From assembly GCA_017623705.1 (NCBI GenBank), contig JAGAOQ010000014.1, forward strand, positions 383-64,382: a DNA stretch of 64,000 bases. Reading direction: 5' to 3'. The notes under the pieces were generated by a model. That model was given only the letters and a program-made list of their open reading frames with translations, did no database searches and was not told where the DNA came from. The position numbers were made by a program, and so were the translations under genes. Below, one piece after another: positions 9,871 to 17,705 of the stretch; position 1 is the stretch's first letter; every line of letters starts with the position of its first letter. The stretch comes from Clostridia bacterium. GTDB taxonomy: Bacteria; Bacillota; Clostridia; Christensenellales; UBA1242.

Positions 9871-10326
9871 CTAATTACTTTGATATTTATTTATATATTC
9901 ACTAAATTCTAGTAACCGATTCAGTGCATTTCTGCGGGTTCCATGTCCATAATCTCCTAAATCTTTTTTTATTCCATTTAGAGAATATTCTTCACAATAT
10001 CTTTCAATGTTTTTTAACAACACATCAAAACAAATGTTTTCAATTTCACAGATTCTATCAACTGCGTTTACATATTCAAACGAAGTGCTTTTTGCTTCAC
10101 TTTTAGTACTAATTCCATATCCCCTTAACGCTAAATAAATTAAAAAACCATTTCTATTTATTTCAAATTTTTGTTGATATTTGGTAAAAATTTCATAATT
10201 ACTTAATTTATCGTTCCTACTTTTACAATCATTATTTTTTGTTTTGTTGTTCATGCATGATAAACATTTTTCATCATTATCATTTAATATATAGTTAAGT
10301 TCGCAAATTGGACATTTTCTTACCAT
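9871..10326 (-). CDS. zinc-ribbon protein, unknown function
   Basis: 151 aa. N-terminal CPICELNY..CLSC ribbon. Very AT-rich; 60 bp sampled by hand gave about 23% GC. Confidence 0.6.
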   Translation of the reverse strand: MVRKCPICELNYILNDNDEKCLSCMNNKTKNNDCKSRNDKLSNYEIFTKYQQKFEINRNGFLIYLALRGYGISTKSEAKSTSFEYVNAVDRICEIENICFDVLLKNIERYCEEYSLNGIKKDLGDYGHGTRRNALNRLLEFSEYINKYQSN

Positions 10327-10392
10327 TTGTATTATAGCTCCTTGTATGAGTGTAATTTTTTTTTTACTTTTCTAAATTATATCATAATTAAA

Positions 10393-10959
10393 TTATTCTT
10401 TATCATTTTGCGGTCTTAAAAGTTCAATTGTGTTAATGAATTTATAAACTAAATCACTATCTTCTGTTTCAATGTAAAACGATGGAATTCGTATATCGTC
10501 AATTTTCAAAATCAAATGATGCGACATTTTCTTTTTTATACTTTGTTTTTGGTTTGTTATCATAGAACCAGCAATTGCTCCCACTGAACCAAACAAAATT
10601 CCACCAGCTAGCATTGGGATGCTACCATTTTTGTTTTCATAAACAATATTGTTGTCCGTAACGACTTGAACACTTAATAATTTATTTATAACAAAAGGAC
10701 CAAAATTACAAATTTCGCTATTTAAGTTATCAACTTTATCAACTTCAATAGCAAATTTTTTATCTTTACTATTTATAAGAAACAACACATCACCGTTGGT
10801 TTTTGTTTCACCTAAAAGCATACTTATGTCAGGACATAAATTATATTCAGCCACCGACATTTCTTTTCCGCAAAAAATACTTTTACATAAAAGAATGTTG
10901 TCTTGCGTATTTAATAACATTTGTTTTCCACATTTAGGACAAATGTATTTACTTTCCAT
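10393..10959 (-). CDS. zinc-ribbon protein with central glycine-zipper hydrophobic segment, unknown function
   Basis: 188 aa. CPKCGKQ..CKSIFCGKE ribbon and MLAGGILFGSVGAIAGSMI segment. SD ggagat upstream. Confidence 0.6.
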   Translation of the reverse strand: MESKYICPKCGKQMLLNTQDNILLCKSIFCGKEMSVAEYNLCPDISMLLGETKTNGDVLFLINSKDKKFAIEVDKVDNLNSEICNFGPFVINKLLSVQVVTDNNIVYENKNGSIPMLAGGILFGSVGAIAGSMITNQKQSIKKKMSHHLILKIDDIRIPSFYIETEDSDLVYKFINTIELLRPQNDKE

Positions 10960-11005
10960 AGTTAAATCTCCTATTCAAATAGTAACTTATTTTTACAAAA
11001 AAAAC

Positions 11006-11054
11006 AACCTAAACCGACCAGTTCGATTTAGGTAAAAAAAATCAATCTTGTTAT
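11006..11054. repeat. direct repeat copy B
   Basis: Same 48-49 bp sequence as 9817-9864. Its 3' end supplies the -35 of the promoter for the 11085 gene. Confidence 0.9.
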
Positions 11055-11076
11055 TGAACATAACATGCAGTATACT
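11048..11076 (+). promoter_or_regulatory. sigma-A-type promoter, leaderless configuration
   Basis: TTGTTA-N17-TATACT, then 8 nt to the ATG at 11085. No SD. Confidence 0.5.
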
Positions 11077-11084
11077 ATCTAGAT

Positions 11085-12218
11085 ATGAAATTGACGGATT
11101 TATTAGTACCTAGAAAAACCAAAGGCAAAGAAGATGATTTAGTATTTTTATATACTAATCAAGAGTTGAAAGATAAATACAAAATAACAGAATTTAATAT
11201 TGAAAATAGAAGTACGGAAGAAAGAAAAGGTCATAAATTTTGGTTACGTAATGAAAATTTTAGACCTATGCCCCATAATCCCGAGCTAGAAATTGCGGAA
11301 GGTTGTATCGATGAAGAAACCAATCTTCAAAGATTGATTATACATAATAAAAAAACAAATAAATATTTTTTTAATAACAAAGAAGCTGAATCACTTGATG
11401 AATTTTTTACGGAAAACAATTATGGAATTCGTCCTGGTTTAAGTTTTGATATTGATGCATATACCAAAATCAAGCAACAACTAGAAGCTAAGAATGACTT
11501 CACTCACAGTCCATATTTATTTCGTGAAAAATATATGTTGCTAAATTTTGGAGAATATCCAGATTATAACAATGAAGTAGTTCTTGCTAGTGACAAGTAT
11601 AGAGATTCACGATTTACACAGTTCCCACAAGCAACAGGCAAAGAATATTACCACCAATCTAGTTGTACCCTGTTTAATGGTGAGAAAGAAATATATCGTA
11701 ATCGAGAATATTTAATCAAAGGAAAGAAATATGTACATCTCTTTGCAAGTGTTTTTATCCCAGTAACAAAAATTTCTTTTATGATTTTGAATTGGAATGA
11801 TTTACCAAAATCAATCAATCCACAAGGTACTGGAACCGCAAAGACAATTGACTTAATAGCTACAAGAACTTTAAATGAACTACCCTATCAATTTCATCGA
11901 AACAATGTTAAAACTGAAAACAATTGGCTACATAGTTCAATACGTGCTTTCTTAAATGGTAATGCTAACACGAAAGGACAGTTTATCGAAGACTTCCGTA
12001 CTAATAATTTCATCAATCAAGCATTTGAAAATGAAATTACCTTATTAAAGGAAATTGAATTTACCAAAGAACAAACTCAAAAACAAAAAAAATTCAAGCT
12101 AATCATTAAACCTAGTAATTGCGGAATTAAAAATTTATTACCACGGCTAAATAGTAATACTACACAAATCTCAAAAAATCATACTCAATCAACAGACATT
12201 TATGAACGCAATCAGTAG
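11085..12218 (+). CDS. hypothetical protein (377 aa), AT-rich island gene
   Basis: Long intact ORF. Motifs KFWLRN and NWLHSSIRAFLNG are faintly reminiscent of secreted DUF-type domains. No confident family assignment. Confidence 0.55.
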   Translation: MKLTDLLVPRKTKGKEDDLVFLYTNQELKDKYKITEFNIENRSTEERKGHKFWLRNENFRPMPHNPELEIAEGCIDEETNLQRLIIHNKKTNKYFFNNKEAESLDEFFTENNYGIRPGLSFDIDAYTKIKQQLEAKNDFTHSPYLFREKYMLLNFGEYPDYNNEVVLASDKYRDSRFTQFPQATGKEYYHQSSCTLFNGEKEIYRNREYLIKGKKYVHLFASVFIPVTKISFMILNWNDLPKSINPQGTGTAKTIDLIATRTLNELPYQFHRNNVKTENNWLHSSIRAFLNGNANTKGQFIEDFRTNNFINQAFENEITLLKEIEFTKEQTQKQKKFKLIIKPSNCGIKNLLPRLNSNTTQISKNHTQSTDIYERNQ

Positions 12219-12254
12219 AAAAGATTTTCACAAGCATCTAAAATTTGTAATGTA

Positions 12255-12719
12255 TTAGATACTATTTTTATATAATTCATTGGCATTGAAAATTTGAATG
12301 CAAGTTTTGACTTCGTCAGTAATATTTGGATTTGATAATGCTTCTGATGTGGTTTGCCATTTATAAGCATCGTGTTCAGTTAAAATAACTTTTGAGCAAT
12401 CATCTGGAATAATTACAAAGTTAAATTGACGTGTTTTCTTCCCACTCCCCGATAAGTAATCAAAGTAGTCAAGATAACTTTCAATATACGCAATATTCAT
12501 ACCTGTTTCTTCTTTAATTTCACGTGCCATACCTTCTGGTATCGTTTCAGTGTTTTCCAAATGCCCACTTGGAAGTTCGTCTATACCACCTAAGAAATCA
12601 TTTGGTTTTCTAGTAACAACTAAAATTTTTCGTTTATCGTTTAACACAATACCACCGACAACTATTTTCTGTATTCCATCTTTCTTTGCTTTGTCCAAAA
12701 GAAAGTTATAAAAGTTCAT
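12255..12719 (-). CDS. Nudix hydrolase
   Basis: Complete Nudix box GHLENTETIPEGMAREIKEETGM (Gx5Ex7REUxEExGU). Confidence 0.85.
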   Translation of the reverse strand: MNFYNFLLDKAKKDGIQKIVVGGIVLNDKRKILVVTRKPNDFLGGIDELPSGHLENTETIPEGMAREIKEETGMNIAYIESYLDYFDYLSGSGKKTRQFNFVIIPDDCSKVILTEHDAYKWQTTSEALSNPNITDEVKTCIQIFNANELYKNSI

Positions 12720-12724
12720 GATTA

Positions 12725-12753
12725 ATTTTACGGTAAATATTGACTTTTGCCAA
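12725..12753 (-). promoter_or_regulatory. sigma-A-type promoter, leaderless configuration (Nudix gene)
   Basis: TTGGCA-N17-TAAAAT, then 5 nt to the ATG at 12719. Confidence 0.5.
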
Positions 12754-13029
12754 GAAAATATATACCTCTAAATTTATTGTACTATCATATAAATTTTTAT
12801 GTGGTGCCAAACAGATTCTATAAAAAACAAAAACTACCGCAAAGTAATCTCGGGCGTACAAAATATGATTCAACAAACTGTCATAGTTCGTATTGTTTAC
12901 TCTTGGCGTGACGCAGGTAATGTGATTTGTCACTGTGTTTAATCTCGCTGATACGTAAACCTTGATATCTGTAATACATAATTTTTCTACTTTTATTGTC
13001 CTTTGTAAATCAAAATTATTTCGCAAGTT

Positions 13030-13632
13030 TCAAAGGCTTGCACCCGTGCCGATTTTTTTTGTAATTAATTCGTAGGCTTTTTTTACATCATATTCGTCTG
13101 TAATCTTGATTTCCAAGTTTTTTATGGCTTGCAGCATTCGTTCTTTTGCTTGAAGAATAGTTGTACCATCCTTCCCAGCGAAATCTTCCAAATATTCATA
13201 CTCAAGCAACAAACCTAAACCTTCTACATTTTGTAAAGCCAATTCAACACCATCTTTTTCGTAAACCCAGTAATCATATTTGACCTGAACAAGTTCTTGA
13301 AAATGTAACGCCAACAGCAATAATTTTGCTTGCTGAACATCATCAATGTTAACATTAATCTTTTCTTCCGTGAGTGTTACGTCTCCTTGAAAAACTTTGT
13401 TTTTGTATGTTAATTTTTGAAAAACGTCTTCACCGGCACGGATACAACGAACCAGAACACACCGTTTCAAGAAATCAGCAATATTATTTTCTCTTAGCCC
13501 AAATAAACTTGGGCAAAAATAAGTGTCATCTATATACCCTACTTCACGTTGCTGATATCCAAGTTTTAACAATTTTTCTTTGACTTTGTCTATGTTTTCT
13601 AACACACGCGTAGTAATCTCTATTTGTTTCAT
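13030..13632 (-). CDS. CYTH-like domain protein (class IV adenylate cyclase / triphosphate tunnel fold), N-terminal ExExK motif degenerate
   Basis: The layout IEITTRV..LVRCIRAG..KLTYKNK..TEEKINV..LALQNVEGLGLLLEYEY parallels CyaB/CYTH strands. EITTR replaces ExExK. Confidence 0.55.
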   Translation of the reverse strand: MKQIEITTRVLENIDKVKEKLLKLGYQQREVGYIDDTYFCPSLFGLRENNIADFLKRCVLVRCIRAGEDVFQKLTYKNKVFQGDVTLTEEKINVNIDDVQQAKLLLLALHFQELVQVKYDYWVYEKDGVELALQNVEGLGLLLEYEYLEDFAGKDGTTILQAKERMLQAIKNLEIKITDEYDVKKAYELITKKIGTGASL

Positions 13633-13638
13633 AAAATG

Positions 13639-13667
13639 ATTGTATCAAACAAATATTGCTTTGTCTA
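13639..13667 (-). promoter_or_regulatory. sigma-A-type promoter, leaderless configuration (CYTH gene)
   Basis: TAGACA-N17-(TGa)TACAAT, then 6 nt to the ATG at 13632. Confidence 0.5.
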
Positions 13668-13680
13668 TTTCAAATAAAAA

Positions 13681-13708
13681 AACCTAAACCGACAAGTTCG
13701 ATTTAGGT
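13681..13708 (-). terminator. tRNA-Ser terminator hairpin = repeat copy C
   Basis: aacctaaaccgacAagttcgatttaggt has one mismatch to copies A and B. On the minus strand it follows tRNA-Ser and is followed by a T-run. Confidence 0.8.
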
Positions 13709-13714
13709 TTCTCT

Positions 13715-13803
13715 TGGCGGAAGGAGAGAGATTCGAACTCCCGGACCCTCGCAGATCGCCTGTTTTCAAGACAGGTGCATTAGACCAGCTCTGCCATCCT
13801 TCC
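13715..13803 (-). tRNA. tRNA-Ser (anticodon UGA)
   Basis: Reverse complement GGAAGGATGGCAGAGCTGG..CTTGAAAAC..GGTTCGAATC..CTTCCGCCA. It has a long variable arm and an encoded CCA. Confidence 0.9.
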
Positions 13804-13872
13804 AGATATTATATTATACATGATGTACAAATATTTTACAAGTACAAAATATCATTGTAAACTATATTGTTT

Positions 13873-13960
13873 GGAAGAGTCGCATAGTGGTCGAGTGCGC
13901 TCGCTTGGAAAGCGAGTTTGGTGCAAGCCAACGCAGGTTCAAATCCTGTCTCTTCCGCCA
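13873..13960 (+). tRNA. tRNA-Ser (anticodon GGA)
   Basis: GGAAGAGTCGCATAGTGG..CTCGCTTGGAAAGCGAG..GGTTCAAATCC..CTCTTCCGCCA. It has a long variable arm and an encoded CCA. Confidence 0.9.
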
Positions 13961-14000
13961 CTACCCTATACTGGGCATAAAAACAACATAGGAGGTGAAA

Positions 14001-14876
14001 ATGAAAAATGTAGTTATTGTTACGGATTCTAGTTCGGGAATTTCACAAGCCGAAGCACAAGCAAATGGACTTGTTGTTGTACCAATTCCTTTCACGATTG
14101 ACGGTAAAGAATATTTAGAGGATAAAACAATCACTGCCCCTAAATTTTTTGACATGATTGCTAAAACCGATAATGTTAGCACTTCACAAACTTCACGTTA
14201 CACATTAGAAGAAACTTGGAATAAATTATTGGAAGAATACGAACACATTATCTACATACCGATTACCAGTGGTTTAAGTGGTGCATGCTATAACGCAATG
14301 GAATTTGCCAAGTCATACAATGGCCGTGTTCATGTGGTGGATTTGTTGCGTATCTCTGTGCCATTGAAAGTTAGTATTTACGAAGCTTTGAAAATGGCGG
14401 AATTAGGCAAATCAGTCGATGAAATTTTACAATACCTTGAAACAACCAAACATCAATTTTCAATTTATTTAACATTAACCACACTTAAATATTTACGCAG
14501 AGGTGGACGCATCACCCCAGCAGCCGCATTGATTGGCGACATGTTAAAATTAAAACCTATTTTGTTCAGTCGTGGACAAAACTTTGACAAAACTGCCCTA
14601 GTTTTAACCATGGCACAAGCCAAAAAGAAAATGATGGCAGAAATTAAGAAAGAATTGCAAACCGAATTCAAAGAGCCATACGAACAAGGCAAAATGGTAC
14701 TTTTAGTTGCGAACACAACATTACCTGATGAAGAAATCAAAAAATTTCATGCCGAAATTGCAAATGAATTTCCTAACATGCGAATTTTATTTAGCGACCC
14801 GTTGTGTTTAGCTATTGGTTGCCACACTGGACCTGGTGCATTAGGTTTCTGTACATGCGTTTGTAATTATTTATAA
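14001..14876 (+). CDS. DegV family fatty-acid-binding protein
   Basis: MKNVVIVTDSSSGIS..VVPIPFTIDGKEY is a typical DegV N-terminus. GGAGG lies 5 nt before the ATG at 14001; the track start is a GTG at 13995. Confidence 0.85.
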   Translation: MKNVVIVTDSSSGISQAEAQANGLVVVPIPFTIDGKEYLEDKTITAPKFFDMIAKTDNVSTSQTSRYTLEETWNKLLEEYEHIIYIPITSGLSGACYNAMEFAKSYNGRVHVVDLLRISVPLKVSIYEALKMAELGKSVDEILQYLETTKHQFSIYLTLTTLKYLRRGGRITPAAALIGDMLKLKPILFSRGQNFDKTALVLTMAQAKKKMMAEIKKELQTEFKEPYEQGKMVLLVANTTLPDEEIKKFHAEIANEFPNMRILFSDPLCLAIGCHTGPGALGFCTCVCNYL

Positions 14877-14882
14877 TCTAAC

Positions 14883-14913
14883 AAAAAAAGTCAGCGTGCC
14901 AGCTGACTTTTTT
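14883..14913. terminator. bidirectional rho-independent terminator
   Basis: aaaaaaaGTCAGCgtgccaGCTGACtttttt lies between convergent genes. Confidence 0.8.
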
Positions 14914-14926
14914 AAGGCAAATTGAT

Positions 14927-15337
14927 TTAGTTGTTTTCTTTCTCTTGGCTGTCGTTAAACAAACGAGCAACATTGCAAACACCCTCTGGGGTAACATACT
15001 CTTCGACCAAATATTTCTTCCCTTCAACTTTGGACAACTTAAAACAACGCAACTTAAAATTATCTAAATCATCTTGTTCTTGCTCGGTTTGATTTTGATC
15101 TTTCTTATGCATAAAGCGATCACGAATACTTGATAATATTTGTTTGCCAGCAGTATTTTTGCTATCCACTGGTTCAGCCTGCTCTTCTGTTTTTTTAGGA
15201 CCATTGCCCAAAGTAAAAACATAATGTTCTTTTTCGCTAACTGCTTTATGTGCTAGTATCATTTGTGGACCACCACCATTTTCACCTAAATCAAAAGACA
15301 TTAGTTGCAAGTCTTGATTATCGTTCGTTGTTTCCAT
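14927..15337 (-). CDS. hypothetical protein (136 aa)
   Basis: Intact ORF, coupled to the upstream ORF by a TAATG overlap at 15337. Confidence 0.55.
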   Translation of the reverse strand: METTNDNQDLQLMSFDLGENGGGPQMILAHKAVSEKEHYVFTLGNGPKKTEEQAEPVDSKNTAGKQILSSIRDRFMHKKDQNQTEQEQDDLDNFKLRCFKLSKVEGKKYLVEEYVTPEGVCNVARLFNDSQEKENN

Positions 15338-16368
15338 TATATAGTCCTCTCCTCACCTTTTTGATTTATTGCTTGTGCCATGTTTTGATTTTGTTGTTGA
15401 TGGCCAATTTCAACCCCTAAGCGTAATAGACCTTTTACGATACCATCAATTTTGGCATGATCAACTTCTGGATTTTTTTCCGTAGTAACCGAATTTTTAA
15501 CAAAATTCCAAAGATTTTGGATTCCAACGGTACGTTTGATACTAGCTTCTTTCGAATCCCAATCCTGATTAATGATATCACTGAAATTATAGACCTTGTC
15601 ATAACTTGCATACATCTTGTTCAAACATTTAGCGATTACTTTGTCTTCGGTATTATAAAGTTCAGCATTATTCCAACATTGAACCAACCCCTTATCATCG
15701 TGGTAAAGATTATTTTGTTCTGCTGGTGTTGGCTGAACTTCTTCAAAGAAATGAGAATCGTTCAACGGTGATGAGCTAAAACGATTAGTTTTATCATTGA
15801 TTTTATCCATGTTCGACCTAATCAATCTTGCATCTAAGAATTTCCAATTTGCTAACGTCGGGTTAGACTCATCTTGAAATTCATTAGTATAAACACTACT
15901 GTTTAATTTATCCCAATCCAAACCTTCGCTAGAACCTTTCAATAACATTTGATAATGATCCTGTGCAATTTTTGGCGTGTAAGTATTTGTTTTTTCACCC
16001 TCAATCTTATGGTCTTTTAAGCCAAAAATTAAATTTTGCAAAGTGTATAAACACAACGTTTTCTTTTCTTTGGTGATTTCCGTTTCCTTCATATCACAAA
16101 TCATATCAATTTGCTTTTGATATTCCAGTTCCACTGCCCCCAAGCTTTCATAATTTTTAGCATCACGCAATTTCAATAAAGCTTTACCAAAATCTTTTTT
16201 CAATACTGGGTGATTTACAAGAAAAGCTTTCCCCTCTCGCATTGTGCTTTGTTTGCCTGATGAACTCAATAAAAGATTATTTTTAGCTTCCGCATCCAAA
16301 CTTGAAGTTACAATATGGTTAATCAAGTTGTAACTATTTTGGCGTGCTACCCCCGCAGTTGCATTCAT
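15337..16368 (-). CDS. hypothetical protein (about 343 aa)
   Basis: Intact ORF. Start placed at the ATG at 16368 (MNATAGV) because a promoter sits immediately upstream. Confidence 0.55.
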   Translation of the reverse strand: MNATAGVARQNSYNLINHIVTSSLDAEAKNNLLLSSSGKQSTMREGKAFLVNHPVLKKDFGKALLKLRDAKNYESLGAVELEYQKQIDMICDMKETEITKEKKTLCLYTLQNLIFGLKDHKIEGEKTNTYTPKIAQDHYQMLLKGSSEGLDWDKLNSSVYTNEFQDESNPTLANWKFLDARLIRSNMDKINDKTNRFSSSPLNDSHFFEEVQPTPAEQNNLYHDDKGLVQCWNNAELYNTEDKVIAKCLNKMYASYDKVYNFSDIINQDWDSKEASIKRTVGIQNLWNFVKNSVTTEKNPEVDHAKIDGIVKGLLRLGVEIGHQQQNQNMAQAINQKGEERTI

Positions 16369-16374
16369 GTAAAC

Positions 16375-16404
16375 ATGATAGCACAAAAAGTACCGACGTT
16401 GCAA
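16375..16404 (-). promoter_or_regulatory. sigma-A-type promoter, leaderless configuration (orphan two-gene operon)
   Basis: TTGCAA-N18-TATCAT, then 6 nt to the ATG at 16368. Confidence 0.5.
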
Positions 16405-16428
16405 TTATAATTTAACCACAACAAAATA

Positions 16429-17691
16429 TTACGGTTTTAAGCGAGTTGGACCACGGAAGATAAAGCAACTTTCTTTAACGGTTGGTAAATCCAAAAGACG
16501 TGCCATTAAACGTGCTAAACCGATAGCAAAGCCACCGTGTGATGGTGCACCATAGCGGAAAAATTCCAAATACTCTTGCATGTGGTCGGGGTTAATGCCT
16601 TTATCAACAATGTTTTGTTTTAATTGTTCGTAACGATGTTCACGTTGTGCCCCGCTGGTTATTTCAACACCTTTATAGAGCAAATCAAATGAACGGTCGC
16701 CCATAGTATAGAATGCACGTGCATCGTGCGGATAATCGGTAATAAAGACAAAATCCGAACCAAACTTTTCTTTGACATATTCGCTAATTAAACGCTCGCC
16801 ATCGGGGTCAATATCACCTTGTGCGGCTTTTGGCATTTCGTAGTGTTTTTCTTCACGTAAGATTTGATAAACTTCCTGTAAAGTTAAACGGGGAAATTTT
16901 ACTGTCGGCACAGTGATTAAATCGCCAAATTGAGCATGCAATTTTGTTAGCACATCGGTTAATAAATTTTCTTCAATATCCATTACGTCATGATGACTTT
17001 CAATATGAGAAATTTCAACGTCCAACGCCGTAAACTCGGTTGCATGACGGGAAGTAAAACTACTTTCCGCACGGTAACATTCACCAATTTCAAAAGTACG
17101 GTCAAAGCCCGCCATCATGCTCATTTGTTTGTAAAGTTGTGGACTTTGCGTTAAATAAGCGGGTGAGCCAAAGTAATTTTTAATTTCAAAAACTTCACTA
17201 CCACCCTCACTGGATATTGCACTAATCTTGGGCGTATGAATATTGATAAAACCATGCTCAACTAACCAATCCACCATGTAACGTTCTAAGGCAGTTTGCA
17301 CCTTAAAAATTTGTGCTTTTGCTGGATCACGTAAATCTAACCAACGATAATCTAAACGTAAGTCTAAACCACTTTCTTTATCAATCGGTAAAACCGCCGC
17401 TGCCACACTATCGACTACGACTGTTTCGGGAATAATCTCAACACCACCTAATTTTACATAGTCATTTTTTACAGCTGTACCTGTAATGGTTAACACGCTT
17501 TCAACAGTAACGCCATCAATAATTTTAGCAACTTCGGGTAATTTAGCTTTTTCAACTGTTATTTGAATTTTGCCCGTAATATCACGTAAAACAATAAACT
17601 GCATAGCACTTTTGTTACGCAAGTTTTCCACAAAACCAGAAATTTTTACTTTGCAATCTGGCTTAACATTTTGAATTAAAGTTCTTTCCAT
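16429..17691 (-). CDS. aspS: aspartate--tRNA ligase, archaeal/type-2 short form
   Basis: N-terminal OB fold; class II motifs YRAESSFTSRHATEF and GGFAIGLARL; 420 aa; SD aaggag. Confidence 0.75.
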   Translation of the reverse strand: MERTLIQNVKPDCKVKISGFVENLRNKSAMQFIVLRDITGKIQITVEKAKLPEVAKIIDGVTVESVLTITGTAVKNDYVKLGGVEIIPETVVVDSVAAAVLPIDKESGLDLRLDYRWLDLRDPAKAQIFKVQTALERYMVDWLVEHGFINIHTPKISAISSEGGSEVFEIKNYFGSPAYLTQSPQLYKQMSMMAGFDRTFEIGECYRAESSFTSRHATEFTALDVEISHIESHHDVMDIEENLLTDVLTKLHAQFGDLITVPTVKFPRLTLQEVYQILREEKHYEMPKAAQGDIDPDGERLISEYVKEKFGSDFVFITDYPHDARAFYTMGDRSFDLLYKGVEITSGAQREHRYEQLKQNIVDKGINPDHMQEYLEFFRYGAPSHGGFAIGLARLMARLLDLPTVKESCFIFRGPTRLKP

Positions 17692-17705
17692 TTGTTATTT
17701 ACTCC

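Noticed and set aside
12706-13026. 106-aa ORF filling the CYTH-Nudix spacer
   Set aside because: It has a TTG start and no SD, and it runs through the Nudix promoter and start codon. The amino-acid sequence looks like translated AT-rich non-coding DNA. The spacer itself is kept only as an unexplained region.
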